The translations under genes and the position numbers were made by a program. DNA of 64,000 nt from the human T2T-CHM13v2.0 reference genome, Homo sapiens: assembly GCF_009914755.1 (NCBI RefSeq), contig NC_060926.1; one strand, 5' to 3'. Positions within the stretch are counted from its first letter, which is position 1, and the number at the start of each line of letters is the position of its first letter. The notes under the pieces are model-generated. The model had not been told where the DNA came from and did no database searches. It saw only the letters and a program-made list of their open reading frames with translations. Shown here piece after piece: positions 38,857-52,399 of this stretch.

Positions 38857-40578
38857 GTTTCCTCCCCAGAGAAACAAAGAGCCGCCACTGACTGATGTGC
38901 TCAGGTGGGGTAGGGTGGCTGTGTTGGAAGCCCAGGCAGGGAGGCCCTGCCCAGTGAGGAGTAGTAGCGGCAGGGACCTGCATAGGAAAGTCTGGCCACT
39001 TTTCTGTAAGGTAGCTGCACTATGCTGGAGACCCATAATGGTCCTTAAATTCTTCACTCCCTCCCAAGCCTGAGGACAGTAGGAGCAGGGACTGCAGCAG
39101 CAAAGATGATAGGCCTGTCTGTTACCTCTGGTAGCGCCATCCCAGAGAAATGCAGAGCCGCTACCTGTCTGAGTGCTCAGGCAGGGGTGGGGTGGCTGTG
39201 CTGAGGTCCCAGGCCAGCAGGTGATGTGTAGCAGAGGTGTAGTGGAGGCAAGTCGGTCCACTCCTCAGCAGTCTGGATCCAGCCGCTATCCTCAGGAATG
39301 TGAGAGAGCCTAGCCTACCTTGTTGGTGGAGCTACTGCTGCTGGCCTGGAGTGCCCAGGGGTCCAAGGCCCTTGGGACTTTGCATGTGCCTCAGCTACGG
39401 CTCTGCCCAGAACCCACATAGCTCTCCATGTCAGTCAAGAGGCCCCAGGGGGAGGAGGTCAGGGGGATCTCCTGTGCCCAGGGTAGCAAAGGTCTGTGGC
39501 AGAAATGTGGGCCCCTGGGGACTCTCACTCACCATTTCCCCATAGTGGGGATCCTCCCTTGACTCAGCAGCAGTCCCAGGTGGGTGGCTTCCTGTCTTGC
39601 TCTTCTGTGTTCCCCATGGACCTTATTGCTTCCTTGATGAATCCCAGTGTGTCCTCCTGAACCATCTAGTTGAAGAGCTAGTGTCTACTGGCTGCTCTAT
39701 CTCCTCTCTGTGAGAGTGGTGCTCACTAGCTGCTTCTAGTCAGCCACATTGGTACTCACTCTCCTCTTTTACTTAAAGTCAACTGATTCTACATATTAAT
39801 CACATCTACAAAATATTTTCACCACAACATCTAGACCAGTGACTGATCAGGCAACTGGGCTCCATAGACAAGTTAACACATAAAATTTAACCATTACAGC
39901 AAACAAAATAAACCCATGGAGGGTAGAGTTGCCAAGCTAACACCTACCCATGAAACCCTTAAATTTCTAACAAGTCATTGTGCAAATGCTATAGTAACCT
40001 TATCATCAGTGTCTATTATTCTATGAATATACAGTGCAGGTAGATGAGGCTTTACAGAAAAGTCTGCCATTATAAATACACTGGTATTCTGAAACACCAC
40101 CATCTTCGAATGGACCAAGACTATAAGTGATAAAAGCATAGTAGTTCTTCAGATTAATGGATATGAAATAATTTCCCTTGCAGTTTACTTAAAATATTTT
40201 ATTGTTAATTAGGATACAGAGTGAAACTGCCTGCTAAACTCTGCTAAGAAATTTATGAACCTTTAAAAAGCATGTATGCATTTTTCACTAGGTTAAGTCA
40301 AACATTGGTAGCATTACAGCTTACATAAAATACAATCTGACACAGCTCTATGTCCTTATATCTACAGGTCTAAAAACCATATCCTTTGCCTATCAGTTTA
40401 TATACCTTATATGATAATATCTGTCTCCTAATCAATTACTTTAAAAGGAGGAATAGTCCAACCTGATAATTTCAAGGGTTTAAATATACTGATTCCACTC
40501 CTGATTAGCATGCTGCATGATCATTTGAATTTCTCTGTAACCCAGTTTATTGCCCTAGGCTTATTGTTTTATCTTTAT

Positions 40579-40907
<329 letters not shown>

Positions 40908-41145
40908 GGATATTTTCAGTTGCCATCTGAAAACAATGAAGAAAGTATGACTTTTGTGATCAGTTTGCCCTGTTTTCCCAAATTTGGTCTACAGATTTTC
41001 CATTGTTCTGAAATGATTTAGGACCTTATCCTTAGTTCTCCATTTAAAAAAACGTAAGCAATGATCAACTTCAGTTTATTACTGATCCATTGATAACACC
41101 TTGTCAACTGAGGAGATTGTCATCTTATCACTTCATTCTATTATA

Positions 41146-41592
41146 TGTCTATAATGAGTTGTTTTGTCTTCCAAAAAGATATGTTTAAGTCCTAAATTTT
41201 GGTACCTGTGAATGTAACCTTATTTGGAAAGAGAGTCTTTGCAAATGTAATGAACACGAGGACATATTGGATTAGATTGGAACTTAAGTCTAATAACTGA
41301 TATAAGAAAAATGAGATTTGGCAACACACAGACACACACACAGGGAAGAAAGGAAGACAGTGACAGAGATGATGCTGCTACAAGCCAAGGAACACCAAAG
41401 ATTGCCAGGAGCCATTATAAGCTAAGAAGAAACAAGGCAGGATTCTTCATCGGAGCCTTCAGAGAGAGCATGGCCCTGCTCAACCCTTGACTTTGGACAT
41501 CTAGCCTGTAGAACTGTGCTGGGATAAATTTCTGTTAGTTTAAGCCACCAAGATTGGGTTGATTTGTTACAGCAGCCCTAGGAAACAAACAT
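41146..41592 (+). mobile_element. MLT1C-like MaLR LTR
   Basis: GGTACCTGTGAATGTAACCTTATTTGGAAA...CTACAAGCCAAGGAACACC...GTTACAGCAGCCCTAGGAAAC. Confidence 0.85.
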
Positions 41593-42207
41593 GTCATAAA
41601 ATATTATTCCACATTCCTATGGATATACAGCTGTTCAAGTGGTCAGTTTGCCTCCATTTTGTTCAACCTACAACTGTGTGATGCCCATCATTTCTTCATA
41701 AGTCAATAGTAACATGCTAACACTAACAAAGCTCTTTTCTCTTTCAAAATATTTTATCTTTAGAGAAACACCATGTAGTGGTTTATTATGTTGTGCTGTT
41801 GTTGCTGTTATCATTGTTGTTATTGTTACTATTAATATTAGTGTTGTTATTTTCATTTTACAGGTTGAGACACAGGAACACACAACTAATTAGGGGAGAG
41901 GAGAGGTCACCCATACCACCCCAAGAGAGAAATGTACTTAAGACAGAATTCTGTGTGCTGTGACTGAAATTAAGTTTTGAGACTAGCCAGTATATAGAAT
42001 ATGCTCAGAAAGTATGTTTAAATAAATTATACTAGCACCTTCCAATCTCACATTCTGCCTACAGGCTGACAGTGCTGGACAAGATAGAGGCCACTGCAGG
42101 GCTCATAACATTTTATGAATTGCCTTCATATCATTTGTGGTCAGATAGTTAGTTCTATGTCTATATGCATAACCTAATAACTTTATATTTTAAATAAATT
42201 GATTTTA

Positions 42208-42496
42208 GGCCAGACACAGTTGTTCACACCTGTAATCCCAGCACTTTGGGAGGCAAAGAGGGAGGATAGCTTGAGGCCAGGAGTTCAAAACCAGCCTGGG
42301 CAACATAGTAAGACTCTGTCTCTGTGAAAAAAATTGAAAATTAGCTGGGCATGGGTGCATGCACCTGTATTTCCAGCTACTCGGGAGGCTGAGGCGGAAA
42401 TATCATGTAAGTCCAGGAGGTTGAGGCTGCAGTGAACTATGATCATGTCACTGTACTCCAGCCTGGGCGACAGAGCAGGATCCCGTCTCTAACAAA
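42208..42496 (+). mobile_element. AluJ
   Basis: GGAGGATAGCTTGAGGCCAGGAGTTC..CCAGCCTGGGCAACATAG; GAGGCTGCAGTGA. Confidence 0.92.
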
Positions 42497-43298
42497 TTTT
42501 TTTTTATTTTATTTGGAGTGTCTACACTTCAATTCTTGGGGATATGAAAGGATAACATGTTCCTTATTCATAAACGTATATAACACGTACACATTCTGTA
42601 AAAAGCTAACTTGCTTTCTTGGTTTTGCATACTTTGATCACCAGCATTTTGACCTTAATAATCAAGTAGTACCTACCCAGCTGTGGTATCTATTAATACA
42701 ACCAAGGGCTTTATTTTAAAAAATCAAGTGTCATTGCAAATGACTGATGAGACACCCTGAAAAACAAAAATATTAAATTTGGAAGATACTGGAGAAGATA
42801 TGGTCATGTGAGCACAGTTTTGCGTCAAAGATTTTTCAGTCTTCTGTAAGTATTTTTTATACAGGTTTATATGCAAACTACAGGATGTAAATAATTGGTC
42901 CTGAAACCAATCTTCAATTCCTTCTCACACAATGTGACCGACATCTGACCAGGATGGCCAAGAGGGTAGCCTCTATTCTCTTCAGGTGTGCTCTGGCCCC
43001 ACATGTCCATCCCATGCTGCTTAGGTGCTCTTTCATCTCTAAATGGTTTTCCATTTGGGCCTCCATTCTTGTTTTGCCGAGTACAGGTCCTTACTTAGGC
43101 ATTTGCTTTGTGTCTTCATAAAACAAAATTTAAACTGACCGATTCCTGTATAAAACTTTTTTTCCTTCTCCTACCATCAGCAATCACTACATCTGTGGTA
43201 CCTTCAGTTAATTCCCTTTCTAACCAGGACATTCAGCTGCCTGCTCTCTGCAGCAACCCATTGCAGCTGGAATGAAGGTAAGAAAAGATTTTAAGCCC

Positions 43299-43715
43299 TG
43301 TGGAAGATAGTATTATTTGTTTGCAATTTATCCTTCTTCTCTGACCTTGCTATGGCTTCCTCAACACTAGCCATGGTCACTTGACTTGCTCTGGCCATTG
43401 GAACATGGGCAGAAATGATACATGCCACTTGCTTCCAAGCTGAGGGTTTAAGAGGCCTGGCAAGTTTCACCAGCCCCTTACACTCCTGTACCCACCATTA
43501 GAAGAGCATGCCTTAAGGAATCACTGGTTCCAGAATAAGGATGCTTTTAGACCAAATGTAAATACAACCTGCAGCCTAGATCCAAGCTCAGCCAATCCCA
43601 GCTAAGCCCAACTGAGCACAGCAGGGTCCATCAGAACCACTAGACCTTTAGACCAGTGAGTGAGAAATAAGTGGGAGATGGAGGAAGTAACAGCATTATT
43701 ACAGCAAAGCCTGAA
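43299..43715 (+). mobile_element. Old MaLR LTR (MLT1H/I-like)
   Basis: TGACTTGCTCTGGCCATTGGAA..TTTAAGAGGCC..GAAGAGCATGCC..AACCTGCAGCCTAG..GTGAGAAATAA. Confidence 0.65.
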
Positions 43716-44229
43716 AAAAAATCCCTTAGGATAAGACTTTCTGAATAGGGATCAAGCTGAAAACAGATCCTCACCGAGAAGTAAAATAAAGAAAATATTC
43801 TAGAAAGGTAACAACATTAAAACTACTGAATGGTAGCTCTCAATCGCTGTTTAATAACATTCTGCCTAAGTTATTTAAAATACTATTTTCATTCACCTAC
43901 AGATACAGATTATCAGATGGAAACTATAAAGCTCCATCTAATTTCTGTCCACAATTTCATCACAGAACACACCAACAAAAAGTGAGCTAATTTTCTACCA
44001 GCACTCTGATACACTATGGAAGAAAGCATCAAGGAACTAGAGGTGTCCAAGATAAAATGTGAAGCACAGAGATTAAACTGCCTTGGCCACACGCAGGGGC
44101 ACAGCAGTTAACTTCCAGGGTTTCTTTTTTTTTTTTAACCTACGGTGGTTTTAGATATTGGCTGCTTTTTCACTGACCATGGTCTATTTTATGGTCTTTG
44201 ATTTTTTTGGTTTTTGTTTTGAGAGAATT

Positions 44230-44580
44230 ACCCCTCCCCAATGGATCAGATGTGTGGGAATATAAATTGGGGGCCCTATCTCCCCTTGGCCAACCTAGAC
44301 AAAATGGATATCCTTTCCTAGAATGTGAATCATGAGCCATGTGGTGCAAACACTAAAAATTGCTGGAGAAAACTAATTTCAGAGCTCAGCCTGGGCAAAA
44401 CTATGCAGACATTTCTGCCAGCAAGACCGTCTGGAGCTGCTTCATCCCTGATTGCTCCAAGCCTAATGCTCTATTTCTCTAATTCTGTGTGTTCACCCCC
44501 ACCTTCTAAGAAACTCCTCTTTATTGTAAATTAGCCAGAACTGACATCTGTTGCTTACAGCCAAAGAATCCTTAGCGGCA
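44230..44580 (+). mobile_element. LTR33-like ERVL LTR fragment
   Basis: 3' end TAAATTAGCCAGAACTG..TCTGTTGCTTACAGCCAAAGAATCCT. Confidence 0.55.
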
Positions 44581-45759
44581 CCAGAAGAAAACATGAGAAG
44601 AGCTTTAAGGCATGTAGAAGAGAAAACAGGAGAGATGAAAGGAGAGTAATACCTCCTCTAGCTTGGTGTTCACTAAGACTAGATCAAAAATTGAAGCATC
44701 ACTGAAAGTGATCAGCCCATGGGAAGATAAGTGTTATCACTCTTGAGAAGTTAGTTATCCAAACTCTCCTTGCAGAAAAAGAAGTCAGTGAATATATGTA
44801 AATATTATGCAGTTATTTGTGTTTTAGAATATAAAAGCCTTTAAATACATATAATATTGTTCAGCTCATCATTTGAACAGAACCTAATTAAGTCAAACAT
44901 TTGTCTCGTGGACTACAGACCACAGTTGCAGGTCTTTTCCTAGGACCTTGCAATGGCCATTTCAGGTTGGGTCCTGGTAACCCAGGGGCCTTCCCAGTGT
45001 GGAAAGTTGCACACTACCAGGAAGTCCATGAGCCAACTGGACCGTCTGAGGATGCAAGAGAGCCAACTGTCTTCTCCACAACTGGTTTATATCCTTTTAA
45101 AACTCTGCAATAAAATGTTGTAAGTTACACTTAGTTTTTCCTATATTTTAACATATCATTCAATCATGTTTAAGAATTTTAGTTATATCATGCTAAACTT
45201 TGTATTTTTCTCAAAAAGTATTTAATTTCAAATTTCCTAAATCTAGAATATTGATTTCTCTTCATTTTATCAACCCAGGTAGTTTCTCTGTTGTAATCCT
45301 TAATTTCTTTGCATTATAGAGACATTACAACAAAGCACTTTAAGAAGCCAAACTTACCTACCATTTACAACAACCCTTAGTATATGACAGACATCATTGT
45401 GCTCAGCTGAAATGAGCCACAGCCTGCCTGGTTTTCAAATGTGCTGCCGTCCCTCCAAACTGGCTCCCTTGTCATCAATCTCCACCTGCACAAACACTGC
45501 AAGCGCATCCTTAATTTTCTTGACTAACTTATCAGCAGCCCCATTAATATTCTAAATTATCCTATCTAGAAGACAAATTGCTTTACCATTTGTCTTCTTT
45601 AACTATTTTCTAGTCCCAAAACCTGGTCTCTAGTTTCCTGCTATCAAGTTTTAGGGTATAATCTTTTTTTTCACTTTTCCTCCAAAACTGCGCTCTCCCA
45701 AATTTTCAAGGCAAATGATCACATGAAATCTGTACCTTTAGGCCCCTCTGAGCCTATTT

Positions 45760-46130
45760 ATTTTCTCAACAAGTATTTTTAGAGCTCCTACTACATGCCA
45801 GGAAATCTAAGAGATCCCCAAAATACAAAGTAAACAAAAATCTTTTCCCTTATAGAGCTTGCAATTCCAATAAATAGAGACTGACATTAAACAACTCATT
45901 AAGTTGAACTGACAGTATGTGACATGGTGATAAGTGCTTAGAGAAATAATGCAGGGTAGAAAGTCAGGGAATGCTGAACAAAGGGGAGATTGCAGTTTTA
46001 AAAGGAATAGTCATTGAATGCTTCATTCAGAAAGTGACATTTTTGCCAAGTTCTGAAAAGGGTGAGGCAATCACCAACATAGTTTTATGGGGGAAGAACT
46101 TTTCCAGCAAATAGCACAAAATGTCCTAGA
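45760..46130 (-). mobile_element. L2a-like 3' region
   Basis: TCAACAAGTATTTTTAGAGCTCCTACTACATGCCAGG. Confidence 0.75.
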
Positions 46131-46344
46131 GCCCCAAAGTAGAAATATGCAGTTGTGTCAGCCAAGACTGCACCCCAATTTATCTGCTAGTACTATTTCC
46201 TCTTCTTCATTCTGTACCTCCCTCTGCTTAAAATCAGCTCTAATAAGAAAATCTCATTACACATCCTATTCCAATGTCCATCTCTTCTGCTAGGTCACCC
46301 CATCTTCACAAAGCTGGTGCATCCCAACCCCACACATTAACTAC

Positions 46345-46701
46345 TGTATTAGTCCATTCTCACACTGCTAATGAAGACATACCAGAGACTGGGTAATTTT
46401 TAAAGGAAAGATGTTTAATTGGCTCACAGGTCCACATGGCTAGAGAGGCTTCACAATCATGGCAGAAGGCAAAGGAGGAGCAAAGTCATGTCTTATGTGG
46501 TAGCAGGCAAAGAGAGTTTGTGCAGGGGAACTCCCATCTATAAACCCATCAGATCTTGTGAGACTTATTCACTACCATGAGAACAGTATGGGGTAAACTA
46601 CCCCCATGATTCAATTATCTCCACCTGAACCCACCCTTGACACATGGAGATTATTACAATGCAAGGTTAGATTTGGGTGGGGATACAGCCCAACCATATC
46701 A
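46345..46701 (-). mobile_element. THE1 (THE1C-like) solo LTR
   Basis: TGTATTAGTCCATTCTCACACTGCT ... CAGCCCAACCATATCA; TSD ACTAC/ACAAC. Confidence 0.92.
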
Positions 46702-46751
46702 ACAACAGATACTTCCCCCACCCTTGAGTTAAACATCTACTTCATAGAGCC

Positions 46752-47156
46752 TAATATAGTTTGGATCTGTGTCCCGGCCCAACTCTCATGTCAAATTGTA
46801 ATCCCTCCTGTTAGAGGTGGGACCTAGTGGGAGGTAACTAGATCATGGAGGCAGATTTCTCATGATGGTTTACTACCATCCCCTTGGTGCTGTTCTCATG
46901 AGCTCTGGTCATTTAAAAATGGGTAGCACCTCACCCCTCTCTCTCTTGCTCCTGCTCCAGCCATGTGAAGTGCCAACTCTCCCTTCACCTTCCACCATGA
47001 CTGTAAGTTTCCTGAGACTGCCCCAGAAACCAAGCAGATGCCAGCATCATGCTTTCTATGCATCCTGTGGAACTGTGAGCCAATTAAACTTCTTTCCTTT
47101 ATAAATTACCCAGTCTTAGGTATTTCTTTATACCAACGCAAGAATGGCCTAACACA
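46752..47156 (+). mobile_element. MSTA-like solo LTR
   Basis: TAATATAGTTTGGATCTGTGTCCC ... GGCCTAACACA; perfect TSD GAGCC (46747-46751 / 47157-47161). Confidence 0.9.
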
Positions 47157-48299
47157 GAGCCTATTATCATCCTCAGCTGGATATCTCACAACCACTTCAC
47201 AAACAAGATGTCCAAAAATGTTATCATCTTTCTTACCAAGCCTGTTTCTCTTCCTGTCCCCACTGTCTCAGTCACCCAAGTTGGAAACCTTTGATATATC
47301 CATGGCTCCTTCCACTTCCTTCCGTCCTACATCCAGTCTGTTACATAACATTAAGACAATCTTTCTTTTATAAACGTGGTACTTATAAATCTTGAGGACA
47401 AGCATGATTCTAACTCACACGGTCTTAGCAAATGTTGTTGGCCTCATTATGCCTGCCAGATGTCATGGAAGCAGGTTGGAATCTGCCTCCAGTCTGACTC
47501 AGAAAAGGTGACACTGCAGAGATATTATCAACAAAGCCCTGCCCATATCATTACACCTATCTCTTCCCAATTAAATGAAAACACACATACCACCACCTCT
47601 ACCACCATAACTCATCCATTATAAACACTTCATCTTTAATAATAACATCTTTGCATGGGTTCTTATCTCTTGAGATTTATGAAGTACATTACCAATAACT
47701 TAGGCTATAAAATTTAAGAAAACCTCAGCCATTCACAGATTTTCAAGAACACGTTTAGTCTTCCAGCATGGCTAAATCTAAAAACTCAATTTACATGGAT
47801 CATATATAACAGATAAGGGGAAAATGTGTATTTTCCTCATCAATAACCTAATCACAGGGGTAAGAACTCATCTGACACCTCAGTAAAAGCAACGCTTCAG
47901 ACGATCTCTCCTTTGACATTACAGAGGCCTATTATGAGAAGTAAAGAAGGAGTTATGGACATTTCCCCCTGATGGAAAGAATCCAAAGGAAAAAGGAAAA
48001 GAAGGTATGAACCTCTTCATCAGTATTCCTCCCGATTCAGTTTGAATTTTGGTCATTCCCACTATGTGCACAATACAGACCATCATCAGGAACATGGACC
48101 TTGATTGCACTGACTTGGTCTAAATTCTGTCTCCACCACTTACCAATTTTGGGGTAGGAAATTTCCCCCTTAGGATCCTATGCTGGACTGGATGTATGAT
48201 TTATAGACACTTTGGCAAAAATTTGGAATTTGTTTCAAGACCTGATGTTGACTTAACAATAAAAGTCTCACTTTGATTTCTAGGTCACCCTCTATAACT

Positions 48300-48660
48300 T
48301 TTAAAGCAATTATCTGTATGTAGTCTCATTTAATCATCATAAACACTCCATGAAACATGAAAAACGAACAGCAGGGCCAGAATATGAGATATAGGGAGGT
48401 AATTGAGAATTTGCTTACATAAAAACCAAAGTACCCTTGCTTAGATGTTCTCTAGAGTCATAAAATAGTCTCATTTTACAGATAAAAATCCTGAGACCCA
48501 GGGAAGTTAAAAGGTGTGCCAATTTCACACAGTGTGTTATTATAATCCTGATTAACAAATGAAGAAACTGAGGCATGAAAGGTAAAAAGAGTACTTAATG
48601 GCAAAGGCAGACATGGAGTCCTTAACTCTAAGTCTTGAACTTTTTCCATTTCTACATGCT
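48300..48660 (-). mobile_element. MIR fragments
   Basis: TCTCATTTAATCATCATAA, CATTTTACAGATAAAAATCCTGAGACCCAG, AAATGAAGAAACTGAGGCA. Confidence 0.65.
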
Positions 48661-51600
48661 ACCTTTAAGTCAAAGTTTGAACTGCCCATCTGAGAGCCAC
48701 CAGAGTGGCCTAAAACTCCTCTAGCCTGTCATAGAAATTTGATTTCCTTCCATAAAGCAGTTACTTAGGAAAGTCTTATTTAAAAACATCACCCAGCTAT
48801 AAATGAAAACCTTCCCAACAGGGACAAAATGGAACATCTGCCTTCCTTTTGCTTAATAGAACACTGCAGAGCTGCTCTCTGCTTGGATAAATGCTATTTG
48901 GGTTTTCTTGATTTCTGAATGAGTTCTTAGTATCGCTCTCTTGAGCTCTCTCTCTCTTAGTATTGTCATTGTCTTCTTCCCCAGAATTTTGTATGTAATC
49001 ATCTGTTCCACCATTGGCTTTTCTGAAACCAGTCTTCCTTGTCTTTTGTAATTATGTAAAGCTGTTCTCTTTGCAGGCCACACACTGTAGATATCTAAAA
49101 CCTGGAGAGAAAACACCCTAATTGTAATTATAATGGATTTCAAATTCCTATTATTCATGTTGGAGAGAAAACATGCAGTGAGGTTTCATTACTCATTTTC
49201 TTTAAAACTCAGGAAAAAATAAAACAAACTTATTTTTGTTAGAGCGTAGTCTTTAAAAAAAATCCTTAATTACTTCTATGGAATTTAAAAAAAGCACAAT
49301 TCTATTTTTATGTCTACCTATCTGAGTTAAAGAAAATTGAGGTCTTTTAGTCAGACCACGCAAATGTAAGTATAACCAACCATAGCTATACCCAAAATCA
49401 ACCAATTGACCTAATTCCCCTGGGTCAGACCAAACTTCAAAACCAGCAATCATTTTGAAATTCTCAACCCCAGGAGTAGCAGGACTGCTAACTGTTGATT
49501 ATTATGCAGATCTTGCACTAATCTAATTAAGTAAAATGGAAATCCAATTTCAAGCATTGTTGTACACATTTGCATATGACACAAGTAGTCAAAAATTTGT
49601 CTGAAGTTAAATGAAGCACATGTGCAGCCCCCTTCTCAATTTGAATTCAGCTTTTCCACACAGTCCCATTTTAAAATACTGCATTCTCAACTTCTGCAAG
49701 CCACTCATGGCCCAAATGCCATTGTTAATAACTGCTTGCATTAGTGTTGCCATCTCTCCTAGTGAGCATTAGCAACAAGGAGTGGGCACAATTCAAGCCT
49801 GTTTTTCTGAAAGGATCTTCTGGGAATTTCTCAGGAAAAGGAGAAGCAAATAGATGTGCTACTTGCTGCCAATTCAGTTCCTCTTAGACATTAGGAGGAT
49901 GTGGCCAGTAGAGGATTAAAAAAAAAATACTCGTAACTTACATACCAAAAAAATTCTAATCTGAATTGAACCCTCAAAAATACAAGACTTTTTTTCTTTG
50001 AAAAGAAAGGGATGTATTAAAAATGGAACAACAACAAGAAGCCTGAAAGAGCCAGCCTCAGAATACCCTTGTCCCCTGAAAATTCTCACAGAAGAATTAC
50101 CAACCAGTTGTCAATCATTCCAGTGCAATGGAAGAGTCAGTGTCGATGTAGTCAGTACCCTGTCTCCTCCATCTGATGCTTTAGCCCAGTGTGAACCCAG
50201 GCAGGACAGGTGGGAAAGCCAAGTCCCCACCGCAGCACCAGGTTTTCTCATACTCCTGGGGAATGACTCAGTGTTCCTTCTATTCCTCCCAATTTGATGA
50301 TAAAAATGTTCTTGTTAAAGAGCATGTGTCTAGAACAGAGTGGGAAAGTGTTACACTCATATTCTATCTGTATGTATTTTGTGATTTGGCAATAGCATCT
50401 AACAAAACAAAATAAAGTATAAGAGTGAATTAAATGTGGAAGGAGAGAGAATAATGGGAGCAGACACAATAAACAGCAAGCATTTATAAAGAGCCACCAC
50501 GCCAGGAAAAAAATTGATCGCTTTTATACTAGAAGAGAATTCCAAACGAAGGGCTGGAGATACACATTAGCACTGGAGGTTAAGCATTTGACACAGTACC
50601 TCAAATGATAATGAATTAATTCAGAGGAACTATGGGATAAGAACCACCAGCCAGGCTTAGTGGACATTTGACTGTGTTTTCAGCACTGGTCAAGGCGCAC
50701 GGTTTACAAATGAATGACATGGTCTCTTTGCCCTTGAATAATTCACAGCCAGTGGACCAGAAGAGTCCAGGAAACCAGAAAGACTCGGATGATCCCTTTG
50801 CCTCAGGGTCAAAATCTAGATTGCAAAGGTTGGTAAAAGCTCAAAAATTATCCTGCAAAGTGTCTTTTTTACCTTCTCTCTTGCTTATAAATCACGTTAA
50901 CTTGTAAACATCAGACATTGAGAGACCTCCTGTGGAGAAATCTTTACCAGATCACCCATTACCACAGACTGGACTTGGGGCTTAGGCATTTTAATACAAT
51001 TGACCTTTAATTTTGGGACACAATAGTTCAACAACCTTCTAGCAAATATTTTTGAAGACATCAGCTAACAACATAGAAATAGTTTTTAAAAATCCCAACT
51101 GATTCCATCCTTCATTTTAATATGTATGTGACTGTCTCTAGGATATTTTTCTCCCTACCCATAAAATAAGTGTAGTATGATACAGACCTGCCTTACTTAC
51201 CTCACAAAGCTTGAAAGGCTCAGATAATTATAATTTGTGAAAGATTTGTAAGCAGTAAGTTACCATGTTAATGTCAGCATCCATCATTATGTTCACGGAA
51301 GCCAAGGTTGCTGAACTACTGGACGCAGTTCTAATTTACAGGCCCACAGAGAGGATGTATGTGAGAAAGAACTACAGAAAGCTCAAACAAAAAGGATTAT
51401 CTGCATCACGCACTTAGCAGACCAATGGCACAAGACAGCACAGTGGACACAAATCAAGACCGCTGGGATGTTGTCCTACCTCTACAATCAGAAGTGCCAT
51501 TTGGAGAGAGGCAAATGATGTATGGTTCATGCCTTACTAAACATCTCTCATTGTGTTTTGAGTTCTTCCCATGATAAGCCTACTACATGTAAAAGATATA

Positions 51601-51962
51601 ATTTTCCTCAAATAGTCCACAATATTCAGCTTCAGAATGTGGATTTTTGCCATGAGATCAAAAGCATCCATGGGAGATTTCGTGGGCTTAAATAAATGAG
51701 TGTTCACTGTTTAGGATGTTGAGTAAATCATTTCAGATCCTTTTGAAAAGGCTCACTTCGCAATACAAGGTTTTTTCAACTCAAAGTTCTATAGTCTATA
51801 ATGTCCTATTTGCTATAATCCTTTGTACTGACCAACTGAATGCATTTGTGCTTGTTTGGAAGAATCCAGGAGCTCATTATGCCATCAGAGTGACTAAAGG
51901 AATATAAATGAATCCTTAGCGCTTTTCAACCCTTTGTAGTCCATCAGAAATTAGAAACTTAG

Positions 51963-52275
51963 GGCTGGGAGCAGTGACTCATGCCTGTAATCCCAGTACT
52001 TGGGGAGGCTTAGGCAGGAGAATCATTTGAGGTCAGGAGTTTAAGACCAGCCTGGGCAACACAGCAAAATGCTGTCTTTACAGAAAATTTTAAAAATTAG
52101 CCAGGCATGATGGGGCACACCTATAGCCCAGCTACTTAGAAGGCTGAGGCCAGAGGATCACTTGAGCCCAGGAGTTCAAGGCTGCAGTGACATATGATCA
52201 TGCCATGGCACTTCAGTCTGGGTGACAGAGAGAGACCTGTCTCCAAAAAAAAAAGAAAGAAAAGAAAAGAAAAAT
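51963..52275 (+). mobile_element. AluJ
   Basis: GAGGATCACTTGAGCCCAGGAGTTCAAGGCTGCAGTGA; TSD approx. AAATTAGAAAC(T/A)TA. Confidence 0.92.
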
Positions 52276-52399
52276 AAATTAGAAACATAAACATAAAATT
52301 AGAAACAAACAGAACTATAATGCAAAACTTTCTTGCATAACCTGAGATAGGCATAAAATATTTTTACTATGTCAACAAATAATGTAGAGCAACTATATA

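Larger units (their letters stand above)
31983..39762 (-). mobile_element. Full-length older primate L1 (L1PA13-16/L1P4-like) with long GC-rich 5' UTR
   Basis: T-tail at 31981; 3' UTR GGTACATGTGCAAGTTTGTTAC; ORF2 remnants (35288..35611, 35938..36135); ORF1 remnants; 5' UTR ~37400-39760; degenerate TSD CCTCTTCCACTT / CCTCTTTTACTT. Confidence 0.88.
31751..39898 (-). mobile_element. MLT2D-like ERVL LTR split in two (31751-31982 and 39763-39898) by the L1 insertion
   Basis: AGTCAGGGTTCTCCAGA...GCCCACCCACATT left half; ACTTAAAGTCAACTGATT...TTAACCATTACA right half; TSD GCAAC/GCAAA. Confidence 0.8.

Noticed and set aside
37474-39545. Cluster of 100-200 aa ORFs in GC-rich DNA
   Set aside because: Lies in the repetitive 5' UTR of the old L1 and the LTR6 insert; GC-rich sequence yields chance ORFs with no recognisable domains.
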